DNA of 64,000 bases from Eledone cirrhosa (GCA_964016885.1 OZ024745.1:37262001-37326000), one strand, 5' to 3'; shown: positions 17,594 through 32,683, numbered from the stretch's first letter. Translations and numbers: made by a program. Notes: generated by a model not told the origin, from the letters alone.

Positions 17594-19608
17594 TTATATA
17601 TATACATGCACACACACACATATATATGTATGTATATACATACATATATATATATATACATATATATTTGAAACTTCGAGATAACGATCAAATATCCGGA
17701 GATCTCGTTATCATTCCAAAAATTGTCGTTCACTATAAAAAAAAAGCGGCAATAATAAACGCCATTAAGAACTATATAATTTTGATGATAAATCTGATAA
17801 GGCCTAAAAACTTTGATGGACGAAGGAACTTTATTGTTTCGAACTAAATATCTAAATACAAAAGTATAATAAAAAGATGCGATAAATGTTTATCAAAACG
17901 AAAAATGTTAAGCGCAGTCGTATTTTCAATACATACTTATAACAACTTTTATATATATATGTGTGTATGGGAAATTGGGCAAATTTGAAAGCTTGAAATA
18001 TATTTGTTTCTTTGCCATAATGCATAGATTAACTATCAAATCATCAAAGACGTCGAATAAATTATACTTGAAGACAGAAAAAAATCTGACAGAGAGGCCT
18101 GCAGGCATCGAACCACGCATTTGCCATAAGCTGGACTGCTGCGATGTAGTATTAGAATGTGTAGGAGTTCTTATATGTATGCGTGTGTTTGTGTGTATCT
18201 GTGCGTTTTTGACTGTGACACATTTCAATAAATTAATGAGGAGTGTTGAGGAATTTACTAAAATTATAAATTAATTCGTTACTATGATCGTATTTTAACA
18301 TATGGTTTTTATTTAAAATTATGTTTCAAAATTATGATTTATACAGGAACCCTTTAAAATGGATCGTTTTGTTTTCTAAAACCAGAGCCGGTTTTGGCAG
18401 GATTAGAATCAACGATGTTAAAGTAGTAATTCTGTAAATGTAATATTCATCAATTTCTTTCAGCTCGCTTGAAGACTGCTTTCCTAGCTTCTTTCGGCTT
18501 CCAATGGCAAAAACATTCAGTTGATTTTATTGTTTTAAGTTTCTTTGCTGTGTTTGTTATTATGATTGTTTCTTTTTTGTTTGTTTCATTCTTGTATTTA
18601 ACATTTTCATTACCCTTCCCAAGCCTTCTAATGCTAAGGACCTTTTGGGGCTTCAACTCCTCCAATAATTTGTTTCAATATATTTGTGCTTTGCACTTTA
18701 CTACACTGTTTTTTTTTATTGACTCTATATATGTTGGTATGATCATATTTTTAATGTATTTTTTTAGTTTCGATTTGGGGATAAAATAGCGTGAGCAATA
18801 TATATACATAAGCTCCACCAATCCCAAAACTGTAACATCTCTAAAGAAAGATACTCACTATGATTTTCAAATCCCACCATGTCAAGAATTTCGAGAGATT
18901 TAGTAATGTAACTTACTTCGTCTTCCGTTTTGAGAGCATAACTTAATAAAGGTTCTTATTTAAAATTATGATTCATTTTAGATAAATATAAACATTTTAA
19001 AGGAAACATTTTTGAATCTTAGAAACTGCGCTGGTTTCTAGGGGTTTGGTGATTTGGTATCAAAACAGTTAAGCTGGTGGTGTATATTTCAGTCAGGATT
19101 CGGATTCGATCCCACGGTGCTGCTTCTTGGGCACATATTGTTTACCATAGCTTCATATCGCCCAAAGACGTTTAAGTAAAATTTGGAAAAATGAAACTGA
19201 AGTGTTAGACGAAACCTACACGTCGCCTTGTATAACACCACCTGGTCTGAGAACAAATTACCCCTTTCATGACCAGACATGGTTTCTTTGAAAATTGATT
19301 ATGTGTGGCACCCTTTCACCTCTGACTATACCACAAATCTCACCCCGCCAAACTCCATTCATTAATACTTATGCTGTAGATATCAAGTTCATAAATTTCT
19401 GTCGTTACAGTGAGGTTTTGAATCCTACGGATTAATTGAATTTACCTTTATTTCTGGTTTAGTTGATTGGCACTTCGTAATATCGCCTTTAATATCATTT
19501 GAGATAGAGCAACAAGTGAACTGAAGACAGTCTTCGGTAACACAATAGTGCTTGTACTTACGTTTAAAGACGACCTTTAATAATTGAATTAACTCTTTAA
19601 TAATTGAA

Positions 19609-19849
19609 TTAACTCTTTTGATACCAAAACGCCCGACACCGCTTCTCGTTCTGTAATATACGGCATTTTAGTTAAACTGTTTATATTTATCTAAAAACCT
19701 TTCATAATAATTCTATGTAAAAAACTTTAATAAGTTGTTCCGAACATCCGCTTGATAATGAGAAAGTAAGTTACTTTACTAAATCCTTCCTCATTCTTTA
19801 TTATTTTTAAAATAGTCTTTCATTAGAAATATGGCTACAAAATGGTTAA
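19609..19849. mobile_element. Possible TTAA-flanked (piggyBac-like) MITE remnant
   Basis: TTAA-ctcttttgatacc ... ggctacaaaatgg-TTAA; similar ends at about 19055-19072 and about 25555-25567. Confidence 0.3.
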
Positions 19850-20374
19850 GTTCGTCATATGTTTCGTATTGAAAATCAATTTACTTCACTTAAGCTGCTG
19901 ATGCCCATGGAAAAATACAAATATCACAACGTGATTAATAGGGTATTTCAACCATCGCTGTGAGGCAAGCATCGTAATAGTGGTGGTTATTGTTGTTTTT
20001 TAATATTGCTATTTAGCCCCAGGTTGACCATGATAAAGTTGATATATTTCCAGCTACAACTCTCCTGTCTTCAACTACATTTTCCAATAATGTTGGGGCT
20101 TGGGGGGGGGGGGGGGGATGTGAGAGTGATTTATATATTAAAGGAAATTTGGGTGTTTTCATTTCTTAGTAAACTGAACTACCCCATAGAGGTTCCATTG
20201 TCTGTCTCTAGTGTTACACATTCTTTAAACATATTAATTTATATCTTACAAACGGATCCTTAACCAAATATCAACCGATGATACAATCTATGAATATCAG
20301 ATGAAATTTTTATATCCATTCTGTTCCCTTGGTCTTTAATAAACCAGCTCACTGAGCGTTTAATTTTAGACATA

Positions 20375-20881
20375 TACGAGGGGGCCTCAAAACGTTTGTG
20401 GAAAACGTACATAGCACCTGTATGTTCTCATACTAACGTGTCATAACATGTTCTAACATGAACCCTTAAATGCATGATGCAACGTAGCGCCGTCAGTCGG
20501 AAGTCAGCACCTCCTCGAGCAACATAGCTTCCATCAAAACATCAAATTCATGGTGAACCTAGGGTGGAAGATCGGCCAAATCATTGACGCTCAGTAATAA
20601 GTTCGTGGAGACATTGCCCCAAAGAAATCAACAACCTACAAATGGACAAGTTGTTTTAGAAGAGGAAGAGATGAGGTTGAAAATGATCCCCAGTTGAAGA
20701 TATTTAAAAAATCTGCTTTGACATGGTTTAAATTGCATGACCCTCAGTTTTACACAGAATGGCTTAAAGGCTGGTATCAACGCTTGCAGAAGTGTATTTA
20801 ACTAGATGGAGAATAAACATCATAACTTAAACCTTTTTTCCAACTGTCCTTTTTCCACGAACTTTTTGAAGCCCCCTCGTA
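20375..20881 (+). mobile_element. Internally deleted mariner element
   Basis: TA TSD; TIRs cgagggggcctcaaaa..tgtggaaaa / ttttccacga..ttttgaagccccctcg; transposase remnants KSTTYKWTSCFRRGRDEVENDP and WYQRLQKCI*LDGE. Confidence 0.85.
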
Positions 20882-22437
20882 TAAACACGTTCCATATGCA
20901 TTATACCTGTAATACACTGGGATAATTGCTGGTCTTGTGTTAAAAGTAGAAACAATTATATATACATTAATATTTATAAACACAGTTCCGTATGTGTGGA
21001 AAGGACCCTTCATTATATACACACATATTGGGCAAGCACACTCTTTAATGTATTCATATGTTGGACACATGCATATGTATAAACACTGGACAGATATAAA
21101 TATGTAGAAACATATATCCTTCAATGTATTAATATTTCGGACATACGCAACCTTGATAAGACTATTTTTCATTAAATAAAAACACCGGACAGATAAATAT
21201 GTAAATATAGTTCCTTCAATATACGCATACATTGAAGATCAATCAAAACCTGTAAATGTATCTCTTATATTATATACACTGGGCAGTCATGGGTGCAGGC
21301 GTGGCTGATTAGTAAGAAGGTTGATTCGCAATCATGAGGTGTTGTTTTCGATGCTACTGCGTGACATCTCGGACAAATGTTATTTACCTTAACCTCCATT
21401 CGACTCGAGCCTTCTGAGAGAAATTGGCTAGACAGAAATAATATGGTAGCCAGTCGAATGGGGTGTATATGTAATTTCACAGGTCCAGTCATGTCACATA
21501 TTGCGCCTCGGTAAATCTGTCTGAGAATTACATTAGGTATTCACTTGTTTGTGGGATACTGAACCACTTGCACGTTAATTCACGAAGCAGATGTTCAGTT
21601 GCCCGAACGACTGAAAGCTCGTCGTGGAAACCGACGGAGGATCAATCATCATTATTCAAATACACTGGTGACACACAAAACAAGTAAACACACCTCCTTT
21701 AAATGTATATTCTCACAGAATTGGACATGAACATAACCCCCTAAACATATGTGCACAATCAGACTTTATATTTCAGGGAGAGGTCCACTGATTCATTAAC
21801 CCCACAAATTCAGCTCTAGCAAAACCAGCAGAGTTCATCTGTTCACTTCACACGCTTTCATTTAGACTTTTCAATGTTCAACGATGACTGCTGAGAGAGA
21901 CACACACAGACGCGCGCACGGACTCACACACAGTCAAACCACGCAAAATCATACACACGTACGCATACAGTCACACACATACAGTCACACTATCTATATG
22001 CAGTTACACACACACACACATAGACACACACACACACACAGACACACACAAAGACACACAATCACACAGAAAACGCAACAAACACTCTTTCTATACAATT
22101 TTTTCCCTACCTCTCTCTCTGATCTATTTCTCATTTTTTCTATTTCCCCAAACCTCTTCCACCACCCGCTCTCTCTTTCTGCGATTTTACCAACTATTCT
22201 CCTCTTTCCTCTCACAGCCTTTACTATCACCCCCCTTTCCCCTGTACCTATTCTTCTCCATCCTAAGACTGCTGCTGGTCCTTTGCTCAAAGTTTTAATG
22301 TTTATTTTCCCTTATTTTAAACACTTACTACCGAACTTCTACTCCAGCCCTTCCTTTCCAAATAATTCAAAAAAGTTCAGTTTCTTCTTCAGCTTCGGTT
22401 GTCAGTGGCCTAACATCTACTTTCTATTATTCTAGAC

Positions 22438-22757
22438 CAGAGGTTCTCAAACTGTTTGCCGCCCCCCCCCCCCCCCAGTCACGTAATACCCTCAGCGCCC
22501 CCAACCCTATTTCCAGAGAGGACTGCCTACACGCAAATTGTAAATAATATATAACAAGTTAGATCGTTAATTTATATATAATAGATAATATATATACTAT
22601 GTAGAAAAAAAAATGTTCTATTTTATTCTATTTATATATATGTATCATTTGATATTTAATATACTATTATATCATTTCTACCGACACCTGCCCCAGCGCC
22701 CCCTGGACCTTCTCAACGACCCCCAGGAGCCGGTAGTGCCCACTTTGAGGACCTCTA
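22438..22757. mobile_element. hAT (Charlie-like) MITE
   Basis: TIRs cagaggttctcaaa / tttgaggacctcta; 8-bp TSD ttctagac at 22430-22437 and 22758-22765. Confidence 0.85.
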
Positions 22758-22909
22758 TTCTAGACTAACTGTCTCACTCTCTCTCCACACACACACATAG
22801 TTAATAGATGAATCAAAACACACGAATGCAAAAATTACAGTTTTCCTTGGAGGAAGTGGAGGAAGGTTCAACGTTTCGGACAGAAGTCCTTTATATATAT
22901 ATATATATT

Positions 22910-23250
22910 AGAGTATGGGTTTAACTGAACAGAGATGTGCGGACCACATTATAGACATTTACAGATAAAAAAAATCGCTCAACGATCTGTATGAATTGTG
23001 TAAGTAGGATCATTATATAGTAATAAAAGATCGGAGGCCATATTCAGTTGATTCAGGTTCATTTAAAACTCCGTTATACATATTTCACTGGGGACTATCA
23101 GTTATGATAGCTTGAGCTCTTCAGACGGCAAAACCTAAAATAGACCTGAAGAGTTCAAGCTATCATAACTGATTGTCCACAGTGAATTGTGTATAACAGA
23201 GTTTAAAACAAACCTTGAATCAGCTAAATATGGCCTCCGATCTTTTATTA
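22910..23250 (-). mobile_element. Diverged fold-back pseudo-LTR-like cassette in (TA)n
   Basis: Imperfect inverted arms about 23021-23124 and 23146-23250; tail 22910-23020. Confidence 0.7.
23071..23128 (-). ncRNA. Type I hammerhead ribozyme
   Basis: On - strand: ccgt-CTGAAGA-gct..ctatca.tgatag..agt-GAAA-tatgta-TA-acgg. Confidence 0.7.
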
Positions 23251-23289
23251 ATATATATATATATACATATATATATCGACAGTCGATCG

Positions 23290-23492
23290 TCTTTCGTCAA
23301 ATCGGACCGAGGAAACAATGTTTCCATTGGTCTTTCCAATTGCTAATACCGTCTATCGGTCGCAATTCCAGGTAGAAGGAGCAACGAAAAATAAAGTGTT
23401 TTGCTCAAAGACATAACGCATCGCCCGCTCTGGGAATCGAACTCACTACCTCACAATTGCGAATCCAATTCTCTAACCACTCAGCCACGCGT
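23290..23492 (-). mobile_element. CORE-type tRNA SINE
   Basis: aagtgttttgctcaaagacataac (CORE-like) plus ggaatcgaactc B box; similar copy at 59775-59977. Confidence 0.7.
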
Positions 23493-24002
23493 CTTCCCCA
23501 TACACACAGACCATGCAATTATAAATGTGTTTACGAAAAGGACTCAATATATATGTAGAGTCTAATATTTATTGGGAAGTCTTAACAGACTTTTCTTTCT
23601 TTCTCTCACGATCTTCCTTCATCACATATCTCCCTCTTTCTCATATATCCCTATTTCTCTGTCTCCCACACTCCTCTCTCCTATTCTCTCTCATACTCAT
23701 TCTATTTCTTTATGTCTGTATTTCACTCTGTATCTTTCAGTTGCTCTCGGTCTCTCTGTCATTCTCTTCTTTCCTTACATACCTTTAGTCTGTCACTCTC
23801 CATCTCCGATCTATCATTATCTTTCCATCTGTCTCACCATCAATTTAGCTGGCTTTTACTCTCTCCCCCCTTCATCTCTCTCCATCTCTCTCTATCTCTC
23901 TCTCTTATCTCTTTTGTATATAAATGCGTGTGTACTATTGTGCGTGCGTGTTTGTGTGTACGCATGCATGTGTGTGTGTGTGTGTACATGTGTTTGCCTG
24001 CT

Positions 24003-24060
<58 letters not shown>

Positions 24061-25002
24061 CATATATATATATTACTTTGCTATAGATCCAACGAAAACT
24101 ACACACACACAAACACACACACATGTGTGTATGTGTGTGTATGCGTGTTTGTGAGTGTGGAAAGTTTTAATCTAACGATTCACTTATCAGTCTGTTTTGT
24201 CTATCAGTAAGCAGAGACAGGGGTGTTGAAAGTCCTATCAGAGAATCAGAAATACGGGTGGTCCCTGGACCGGCACAACTACATGGAGAAGGGTAAATCA
24301 TGGGGACTAAGAAACAAACAAGACCTACCTTTGGAATATTATTTGTTTATGTGAAATGTCTTCGCTTCTGTTCCAGTCGATGACTATCGTAAAGTGACAA
24401 ATATCTGGGAGTAGGAAAGTCGAGAGATTCTAGGAGGAAAGGCTGTTTTCTTTCTTTGTGTTTTGCCTTTTTTTTCTCTTGCCTGTTAAGTCGTGAAGGT
24501 GTGTGACTTAGGGGGTAACGTGTTTGGCTCACTATCGTATGGTTGTGAGTTTAATTCCAAGTTATGTGGTGCAGTCCTGGACCTTACACGCTTTTTTGTT
24601 TTGTTTTACGTGGCTCCAGTCGAAACAGCTGGTAAAAATACGTGGCATCTCTAATTGAAAGAGCTTAGCTTCTCGCACAACGTGTCACAGAATTTCACCG
24701 AGAATTACGTTGTAGGGTACAGATGTCTGTGGAATGCTCAGCCATTTGCATATAAATTTCACGAGCAGGCTGTTCCATTGATCAAACAACTGAAAGACTC
24801 GCTGTCAGTACTGTCTGAGGTTAAACATTTCCAACAACTGTTTAACCAGGAAAGGAACAGCAGTGCCTAGCTTAAGAGCAAACAGGATTGGGTATGGTCA
24901 AAACAGGGCTTACCTAGGGCTAAACCACAGCATTAACAGAAGTTTAATTAATAAAATCACTTAGAAAAATGTATACTTTGATTAGACAATAGTAGTAGTA
25001 AT

Positions 25003-25210
25003 AATGGTTTTTGATTTAGGAACAAGGCCAGCAATTTTAGGGGAGGGAAATGGAAAAAAATCGATCCAGTGCGTTACTGGTACTTTATTTTATCGACCAC
25101 GTATGGATTAACGGCAAAGCTAACCTCGGCGGGATTTGAACTCAGAACGTAAAGGGTAGTAACTCTATGCCACGAAGTATGTTGTCCTATGCTGCCAATC
25201 TACTGCCCTT
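25003..25210 (-). mobile_element. tRNA-derived SINE
   Basis: Family core plus B box. Confidence 0.75.
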
Positions 25211-25856
25211 ATGGTAGTAATAATAATGATAGTAGGGATGGAGATATGGCTGTGGGTAGTTTGAAACAATCAAGATCGACAAACAGGCTTCAAATGCTGG
25301 ATGACCCTCATATACATAATCTACTCTGTGGTTGATGTTAATCCCTTCATTTTCATATTTCTAATTAAAAACGCTGCATATAATTTTCAAATCATTTTGA
25401 AAATAATCAAGATTTTGGAGGGATTTAGTAATATACACAGAAGTTAATAAGGTTTGTTATACAAAATGATGATAGGACCTTTCTTAATAAAAAAGATGAA
25501 AACTTTAAAACAATTAGTTTTGTATCGAAAAACCGAAGGTTATTTCCTGCGGTTTGGTATCAAAAGTATATGATAAAGCTAACATTAAGTGAGAGCTCTT
25601 TTACCGGGTAATATATAATATTTCTAATAATAAGGAGCAGGAATAAAGTATCAATATAACATCATTATGTTTACTCACACGTGACCGTGCGTTCTGTGAT
25701 CGACCAGCTCAAGGTACGATCGGTTGTAATTGCGCCCGACTCTGAAATCGATAGTTCATCAGACTTGTGGATTTTCGAATTCATTCGGGAATAATGATGT
25801 TACATTGATACTTCGTTCCTGCTCCTTATTAGTAGTTTTATTATTAACACTCTGAA

Positions 25857-26078
25857 GGGCTGTAGATTGGCAGTATCGGTAGAGCGTCGGACACTATGCT
25901 TTGCAGCATAGAGTTTCGTCCCTTTATGATCTGAGTTCAAATCCCGCCGAGGTTAACTTTGCCATTCATCCTTACGGGGTCGATAAAATAAAGTACCAGT
26001 CACGCACTGAGGTCGATATAATCGACTTTCCCCTCCCCCCAAATTACTGGCCTTGTGCCTATATAAGAAACCATTATT
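25857..26078 (+). mobile_element. Full-length tRNA-derived SINE
   Basis: A box tggcagtatcggtag; B box gttcaaatccc; core ttcatccttacggggtcgataaaataaagtaccag; (ATT)n tail. Confidence 0.85.
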
Positions 26079-26296
26079 AACACTCTGCTTCTTAAATATA
26101 CTGACTACGGTGAAATACCAGACATTGAATCCCACATCGGAGCCGGACATTGATACTAGCATTCAGTGCTCAAACAAGTGAACCACAAGTAACTAAATGT
26201 TACACACCAATACTATGTGTTTGATGGGTGAGAGAAAAGAGTACTCAATACCAGAGTGAAATTTTAATATTCATTTTATTAAGGCTAAATAGTGAG

Positions 26297-26346
26297 TCTT
26301 GTAACTCTGGAGTTTCGCCAGTTTATCATAGGTTCATCAGACAAGA
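26297..26346 (-). ncRNA. Type I hammerhead ribozyme
   Basis: On - strand: tcttgt-CTGATGA-acc..ggc-GAAA-ctc.ca.gag-TT-acaaga, followed by AATAAA. Confidence 0.65.
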
Positions 26347-27378
26347 ACTCGTTTGGATGTTATGACTATAAAAAAACAACTAAGATAAGAAAACTGGTCT
26401 GAATAAAAATAATAATATAACTAATTACTGTTTTATTCAGGAAGTGACGTATCTTATATATAATGGTTTCTTATTTAGGCACAAGGCCAACAATTGGGGG
26501 GGGGGGGGGGTCGATGAAATTTACCCCAGTGCGTGACTGGTACTTTATTTTATCGACCCCGTAAGGATGAAAGACAAAGTTAACCTCGGCGGGATTTGAA
26601 GTATCTTATATATAATGATATATATATAATCTTATATATAATATCTTATATATAATGATAACTCCACATAAATAAGAGTTAAACACCAAACTTTGTGGAT
26701 CTTGTTTTCTTCGGAAACGAACTAATAGGCAACCGGAAGGAATTCGAGCTAGATCCTGTCAAGAAAATCTCCATACACAAGTCCGAATGGCTAAATGTCA
26801 GCTGAAGGGCATTCTAAAGTCATGACCTGGAAGCGGCCCGGTTACTTTAAAATATAAGATGTTAAGGGCCGAAACATTTCCTTGTTTGTGTGTGTGGGTG
26901 GGGGTGGAGGCGGTGTCTTCTCTGAAGACCTTCTGCTATCCAGCTCTCCTGAGAGTTTTTTTTATCACTTTGTTTTAACTAATGTAATTTGGAAACTGAT
27001 AGTACTAACCAATCTCGATTTCGTCCACTGTAAATGTTAAGCTATATTTCAGTTGTGTTGCCAGTCATCCCGCTGTGTATTTTTAAGACTGTTAGGAAAG
27101 GCATGAACAGCACATACCTTCTAATCCTCTTTCCTGAAAAGGTAATGAATAACAGCTATGTAAAGTGTGACGTCATCATCGTTGTCGTCATCACCGTAGT
27201 TTTTTTTATTTTCGTTGTCGTTGTCGTCGCCGTGGTTTTCGATTTCGTTTTCGGCTTCATCAACATCTTCACTCAAATTTCCTCCTAAAAATGAGAAAAA
27301 ATAAAATATTCAATATAATTAAAGGAATCATAATAACCATTTGTTGTTTACTCATACTCTCTCTATCCCTTTCTCCTC

Positions 27379-27421
<43 letters not shown>

Positions 27422-27590
27422 ATCAAACTTTATTTATCTCTCCCTATTACTTAAATATATCCAGTAGGAACGCCTCCTTCTTTAGCTGTCTGTTTCTCCG
27501 CCTTACTACACACGCAAACACACACACACACACACACATATATACGCACACGCACACACATACATATATATCTATATGTGTGTGTATACC

Positions 27591-28385
27591 CATACACAGT
27601 TCACACACACACGCAGCGTACACATACATACACAGTTCACACACACACGCAGCGTACACATACATACACAGTTCACACACACACGCAGCGTACACATACA
27701 TACACAGTTCACACACACACGCAGCGTACACATACATACACAGTTCACACACGCAGCGTACACATACATACACAGTTCACACACACACGCAGCGTACACA
27801 TACATACACAGTTCACACACACACGCAGCGTACACATACATACACAGTTCACACACACACGCAGCGTACACATACATACACAGTTCACACACACACGCAG
27901 CGTACACATACATACACAGTTCACACACACACGCAGCGTACACATACATACACAGTTCACACACACACGCAGCGTACACATACATACACAGTTCACACAC
28001 ACACGCAGCGTACACATACATACTCAGTTCACACACACACGCAGCGTACACATACATACACAGTTCACACACACACGCAGCGTACACATACATACTCAGT
28101 TCACACACACACGCAGCGTACACATACATACACAGTTCACACACACACGCAGCGTACACATACATACACAGTTCACACACACACGCAGCGTACACATACA
28201 TACTCAGTTCACACACACACGCAGCGTACACATACATACACAGTTCACACACACACGCAGCGTACACATACATACTCAGTTCACACACACACGCAGCGTA
28301 CACATACATACACAGTTCACACACACACGCAGCGTACACATACATACTCAGTTCACACACACACGCAGCGTACACATACATACAC
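27591..28385. repeat. 36-bp minisatellite, about 22 copies
   Basis: Unit cagttcacacacacacgcagcgtacacatacataca, head-to-tail with no spacers. Confidence 0.95.
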
Positions 28386-29427
28386 ATTTCAAACACATTG
28401 ACAGTTTTTTCTGATATTTATATCACCAAAGAAGCCTTAAATCCTTCACCACCAACACCCACAACCTCAGTTAACACTGCCACCACCACCATCACCACCA
28501 TCACCGCCGCCGCCGCAGTCTCCACCACCGCCGCCGCCGCAGTCTCCACCACCATCACCGCTGCCGTAACCTCCACCATCACCATCGTCACCGCCGCAGT
28601 CTCCACCACCATCACCGCTGCCGTAGCCTCCACCATCACCATCGTCACCACTATCTGCCAACATACCAATCACCCTCCCTTCAATTTTTCTCTGGAACCT
28701 TCTGAGGAAGCAGAGTTCCCGCCTCATACGTTTACAGAAAGAAAGAAAGAAAGAAAGAACGAAAGAAAGATAGAAAGAAAGAGAGAAAGGAAGATAAAAG
28801 AGAGAAAGGAAAGAAGAAAGTAAGAAAAAACTCCAATAAGAAATACAGAAATATATTAACTAAGAAAGAAAAAAATCAAATCAAACAAACAAAAAAGAGA
28901 ATGCATGGGTGATTGAATAAATGAATGAAATGAAAGACAGAAAGAAAGCTATGATAAAAAAAAAATGAAATATAAAACGAATTGAATGAAAAACAACAAA
29001 CAAACAAACAAAAAATAAAGCAATGAAAGAAAGAAAAAATGAAAGAGAGAAAAGAAAATTGAGAGAAAGAAAATCAGAATATGACACGAGTCCCTCGTAA
29101 TTGTACCTCTGGGGTCGAAGTTTTTATATAAATGAGCCAAAAAGAGAAAGTATATGCATACATTGATATATATTACTTAGGCAAAGGTAGCGGGAGGTCT
29201 ATAGAGGAATATAGATGATGAATATAGGGATGGAAGGTGGATGGGTGGGTGGACAGATGGAGGGGTGAAGGACTGAGTGAAAAGGAGAGAGAGAGACGGA
29301 GAGTGTGTGTGTGAGAGAGTGAGAGGGGTGAAGGGTAATGTTGAGTGCTTATCTTTGAAAGGTGAGACACCAAACTGAATTAATGTTTAACATCTAGTTT
29401 CGTTCTCTATAATTTGTACTCATTTTA

Positions 29428-29470
<43 letters not shown>

Positions 29471-30992
29471 AGAGAGAGAGAAGGAGAGATATGCATAAAA
29501 TGTGTGTGGGGTGTATAGTGGAAGCCAGTGATAATTCATAAAGAGTGTTATCAAATTTAGTGGGGTCGGACGCATTCAGGATATTTTTATATCCTCTGCT
29601 TAATGCTACTTGTCGGTTATTGTTATCTAAAAACACTGTCGCAAGTGATCAAAATAAGCGAGTAAATCAAACAAAGATTTGAATTTGAAATTTGAAGAAA
29701 CATGAATCACCAAATCTTGGATGCCACCTTTTTCTTCGGAAATTAACGACGCCCTACCGATTCTATCAATCTGTCCCTATAGGACTTACTTTGTCCAATG
29801 CGTGATGTAATTTAATTCTCATGGAGATTTAGCATCACACAGTGTGTAACATGGCTGGCCCTTTGAAATACATGTGCGACTCATTTTTGGTAGCAGAGAA
29901 GAATAGAAAAACTAGAAATAAAGTGTTTAACGCACGGACACAACGTTCTGTCGGGAATCGAACTCACGACGTTGGGATCGTCAGCCGAGCACCTTAACCA
30001 CTAAGTCTTGCGCCTTTACATATTATACATCATTTAGTTTGTCTATGCCATTTCTACTATTCTACCGCCTTCTGTAGTTTGAAGCAAATGTTCCAGCGTG
30101 GCCTCGGTTGTGATGGTTAACACAAACTGAAGAAATAGATATACAGGCGGTGCCCCAACATGGCCGCATTGTAATGCCTGGACGCAGTAAACGAATAACA
30201 GTTACTGAGGATTACAAGAAATGCCAAAATATTCGTGAAATACATATTTAAACAAATTACTATTGTCAACCCTTCACATTCCAGTTCGGTAATGAATCTC
30301 CCTTTGCAACCAAACTTATATAGGAATGGACCTCCGTCGGTTTCCACGATGAGTGTTCCGATTATTTGATCAACGAAACAAACAGCTCATAAAATGAACG
30401 CGTGTGTGGCTGAGCATTACACAGAAAGGTGTATTCTTAACATAATTCTCGGTGAGTTTCAGCGCGTGACAAGAAGGCTATTTAAATTACAACTACGGTC
30501 TATTCGACAGGGTTCCAAATAGTTTCCGTCTACCCAATTTCACTTCTCTCACAAGGTATTGGTCGACAAAAACTATGGTAAATCACACTTGTCTAATATG
30601 CCGTACTATGCAATCGAACCCGGGACCTGATAATTGCGAATTTTCTTAAACATTCGGCTACGTTGCGTCCACAAACATATAAAATGGGAGAATAAAAGAA
30701 TAACGTGGATTAATTAGATATTGCTGGTTTAGAAGCAGGACAATTGTTCAGGTCTCCATCTTGTTATATATATATATATATACGTTGGCAGCAGGAGCTG
30801 TTGTGTGCTCTGTGTGAAGATACCAGCTGCTCGGTAGGTATTCACATAGATGTCTGTCTCCTCCCATTTTGTTCAAGCCTCCACCCTTCGTCCTGCTTGC
30901 TACCTGCCTACTTAAATCATATAGGGTTTTCTGAACAACTACTGAACAAGAGAATGTATGTATGTATGTATGTATGTATGTATGTATGTATG

Positions 30993-31025
<33 letters not shown>

Positions 31026-32027
31026 GTGTGCGTATATATACATGTATGCATATATATATATATGCATATAAATATATGTGCGTGTGTCACTGTGTCAGTG
31101 TGTGTGTGTAATATGCAGATTCATAGTTTGTCTTTTAGCAGTCTCTGTTGTTCCTTTTGTATAACGGAATAAAAAAAGACAGATGACGTTTGAATTTTTA
31201 TTTTGTTTTATGTCCCATACTACACAATGTCACTGGGTTTATAAGAGATGGACATTAGATTGAATGACCTTCATGCCTTTCCTTTCTCACGGGTGTTAAT
31301 TGTTTAAAGGTTGTTTTGTTTATATTTCATTTTATTTTTTATTGTTTATTTTTATTCATAATCCAAATTTTATAGCGGAGTCCATTCGAAGGGAATGAGC
31401 CTTTAAACTTTCTGACTCCTCCTTGCGAAAATAAATAAAGTATTGAGGTGTAACAGCTGGGATATATTAAAGGGATTTTAATGAACTATTATGTAGTATA
31501 TAATAGCTGTAGATGAGTGAGTCAATATAATGATGAGCTACCAGCAGAAGAATCGCTGGTATCCTGTCATCTACACTAACATGTGTCAGTGATAGTTAAC
31601 TATGTGTCATGATATTTAATACTCAACAGACCAGTTTATCTAGCTGTAATTAAGCGCCACAGTGGAGTATATATAGTTCACAGCTGTAAGCAGTATTATT
31701 AGTCCAGTAAAGTTCGTAAAAGGGTAAAGAGCTTTGTTAGCTTGTTAATTCCTCTAAGAGAAAGGGGAAAAGATGAATTCAGCCAAATTTACTTTCTTCC
31801 AGTTATCAATTTCTAGTTTAGGCACAACGCCAGCAGATATGTGGTGAAGGGCAAATTGATCAAATCAACCGCAGTACTTGACAAGTACTTTATTTTATCG
31901 ACCCTGGAAGGTACATTGGATAAGTATCTTCTACTGTAGCCTCGAAGTGACCAATACGTTATGAGTGGAATATGGTAGACGGTAACTGAGCGGAAGGAAG
32001 CAAATCATTTATGAATATATATATATG

Positions 32028-32069
<42 letters not shown>

Positions 32070-32071
32070 TG

Positions 32072-32110
<39 letters not shown>

Positions 32111-32598
32111 ATCTGTGTCTGTGTAAGTGTCTTTGTTTAACCCCATGATCTTCGGTAAAAAAAAAAATTATAGGATAAGTACCAAACTTGAAAAATAATA
32201 GGCATTGTAGTTGATACAATGAACTAAATTCCTTTCAGTTTCTTGCCTCAGCATATACACAGTCTAATGACAAAAACCAGGGAAAGAATAAAAGACTGGA
32301 AAAAAATCCAGTGATTTCATCTAAATTTCTTAGAAATGAAAAGCTGAAAAGATTAGAGAAACCATTTCTTGGCTGGTAATGTGTTAATTATGGAGAGTTG
32401 GTGTGAATTTATACAAGATATCTGTAACTGTAATTGAAGTTTTCTTTTCTGCCTGGTTTATCTAACTCTATTAAAGTAAATGACTAGCTGCTTAAATGCA
32501 GCTTTTTATCTTCCAGATATAGTAAATATGTATTGATTTCTGAATCGGTATACACATAAATATAATATGCTCACAGGTGTGGTGCCACACACACACAG

Positions 32599-32683
<85 letters not shown>

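Noticed and set aside
25857-25950. tRNA genes at A/B-box motifs
   Set aside because: They are SINE heads with long A-B spacing and no cloverleaf
27576-28823. 415-aa ORF, and the 36-bp repeat as a possible CRISPR array
   Set aside because: Units are contiguous with no unique spacers, no cas genes are present and the context is eukaryotic; frames are open only because the 36-bp unit lacks stops
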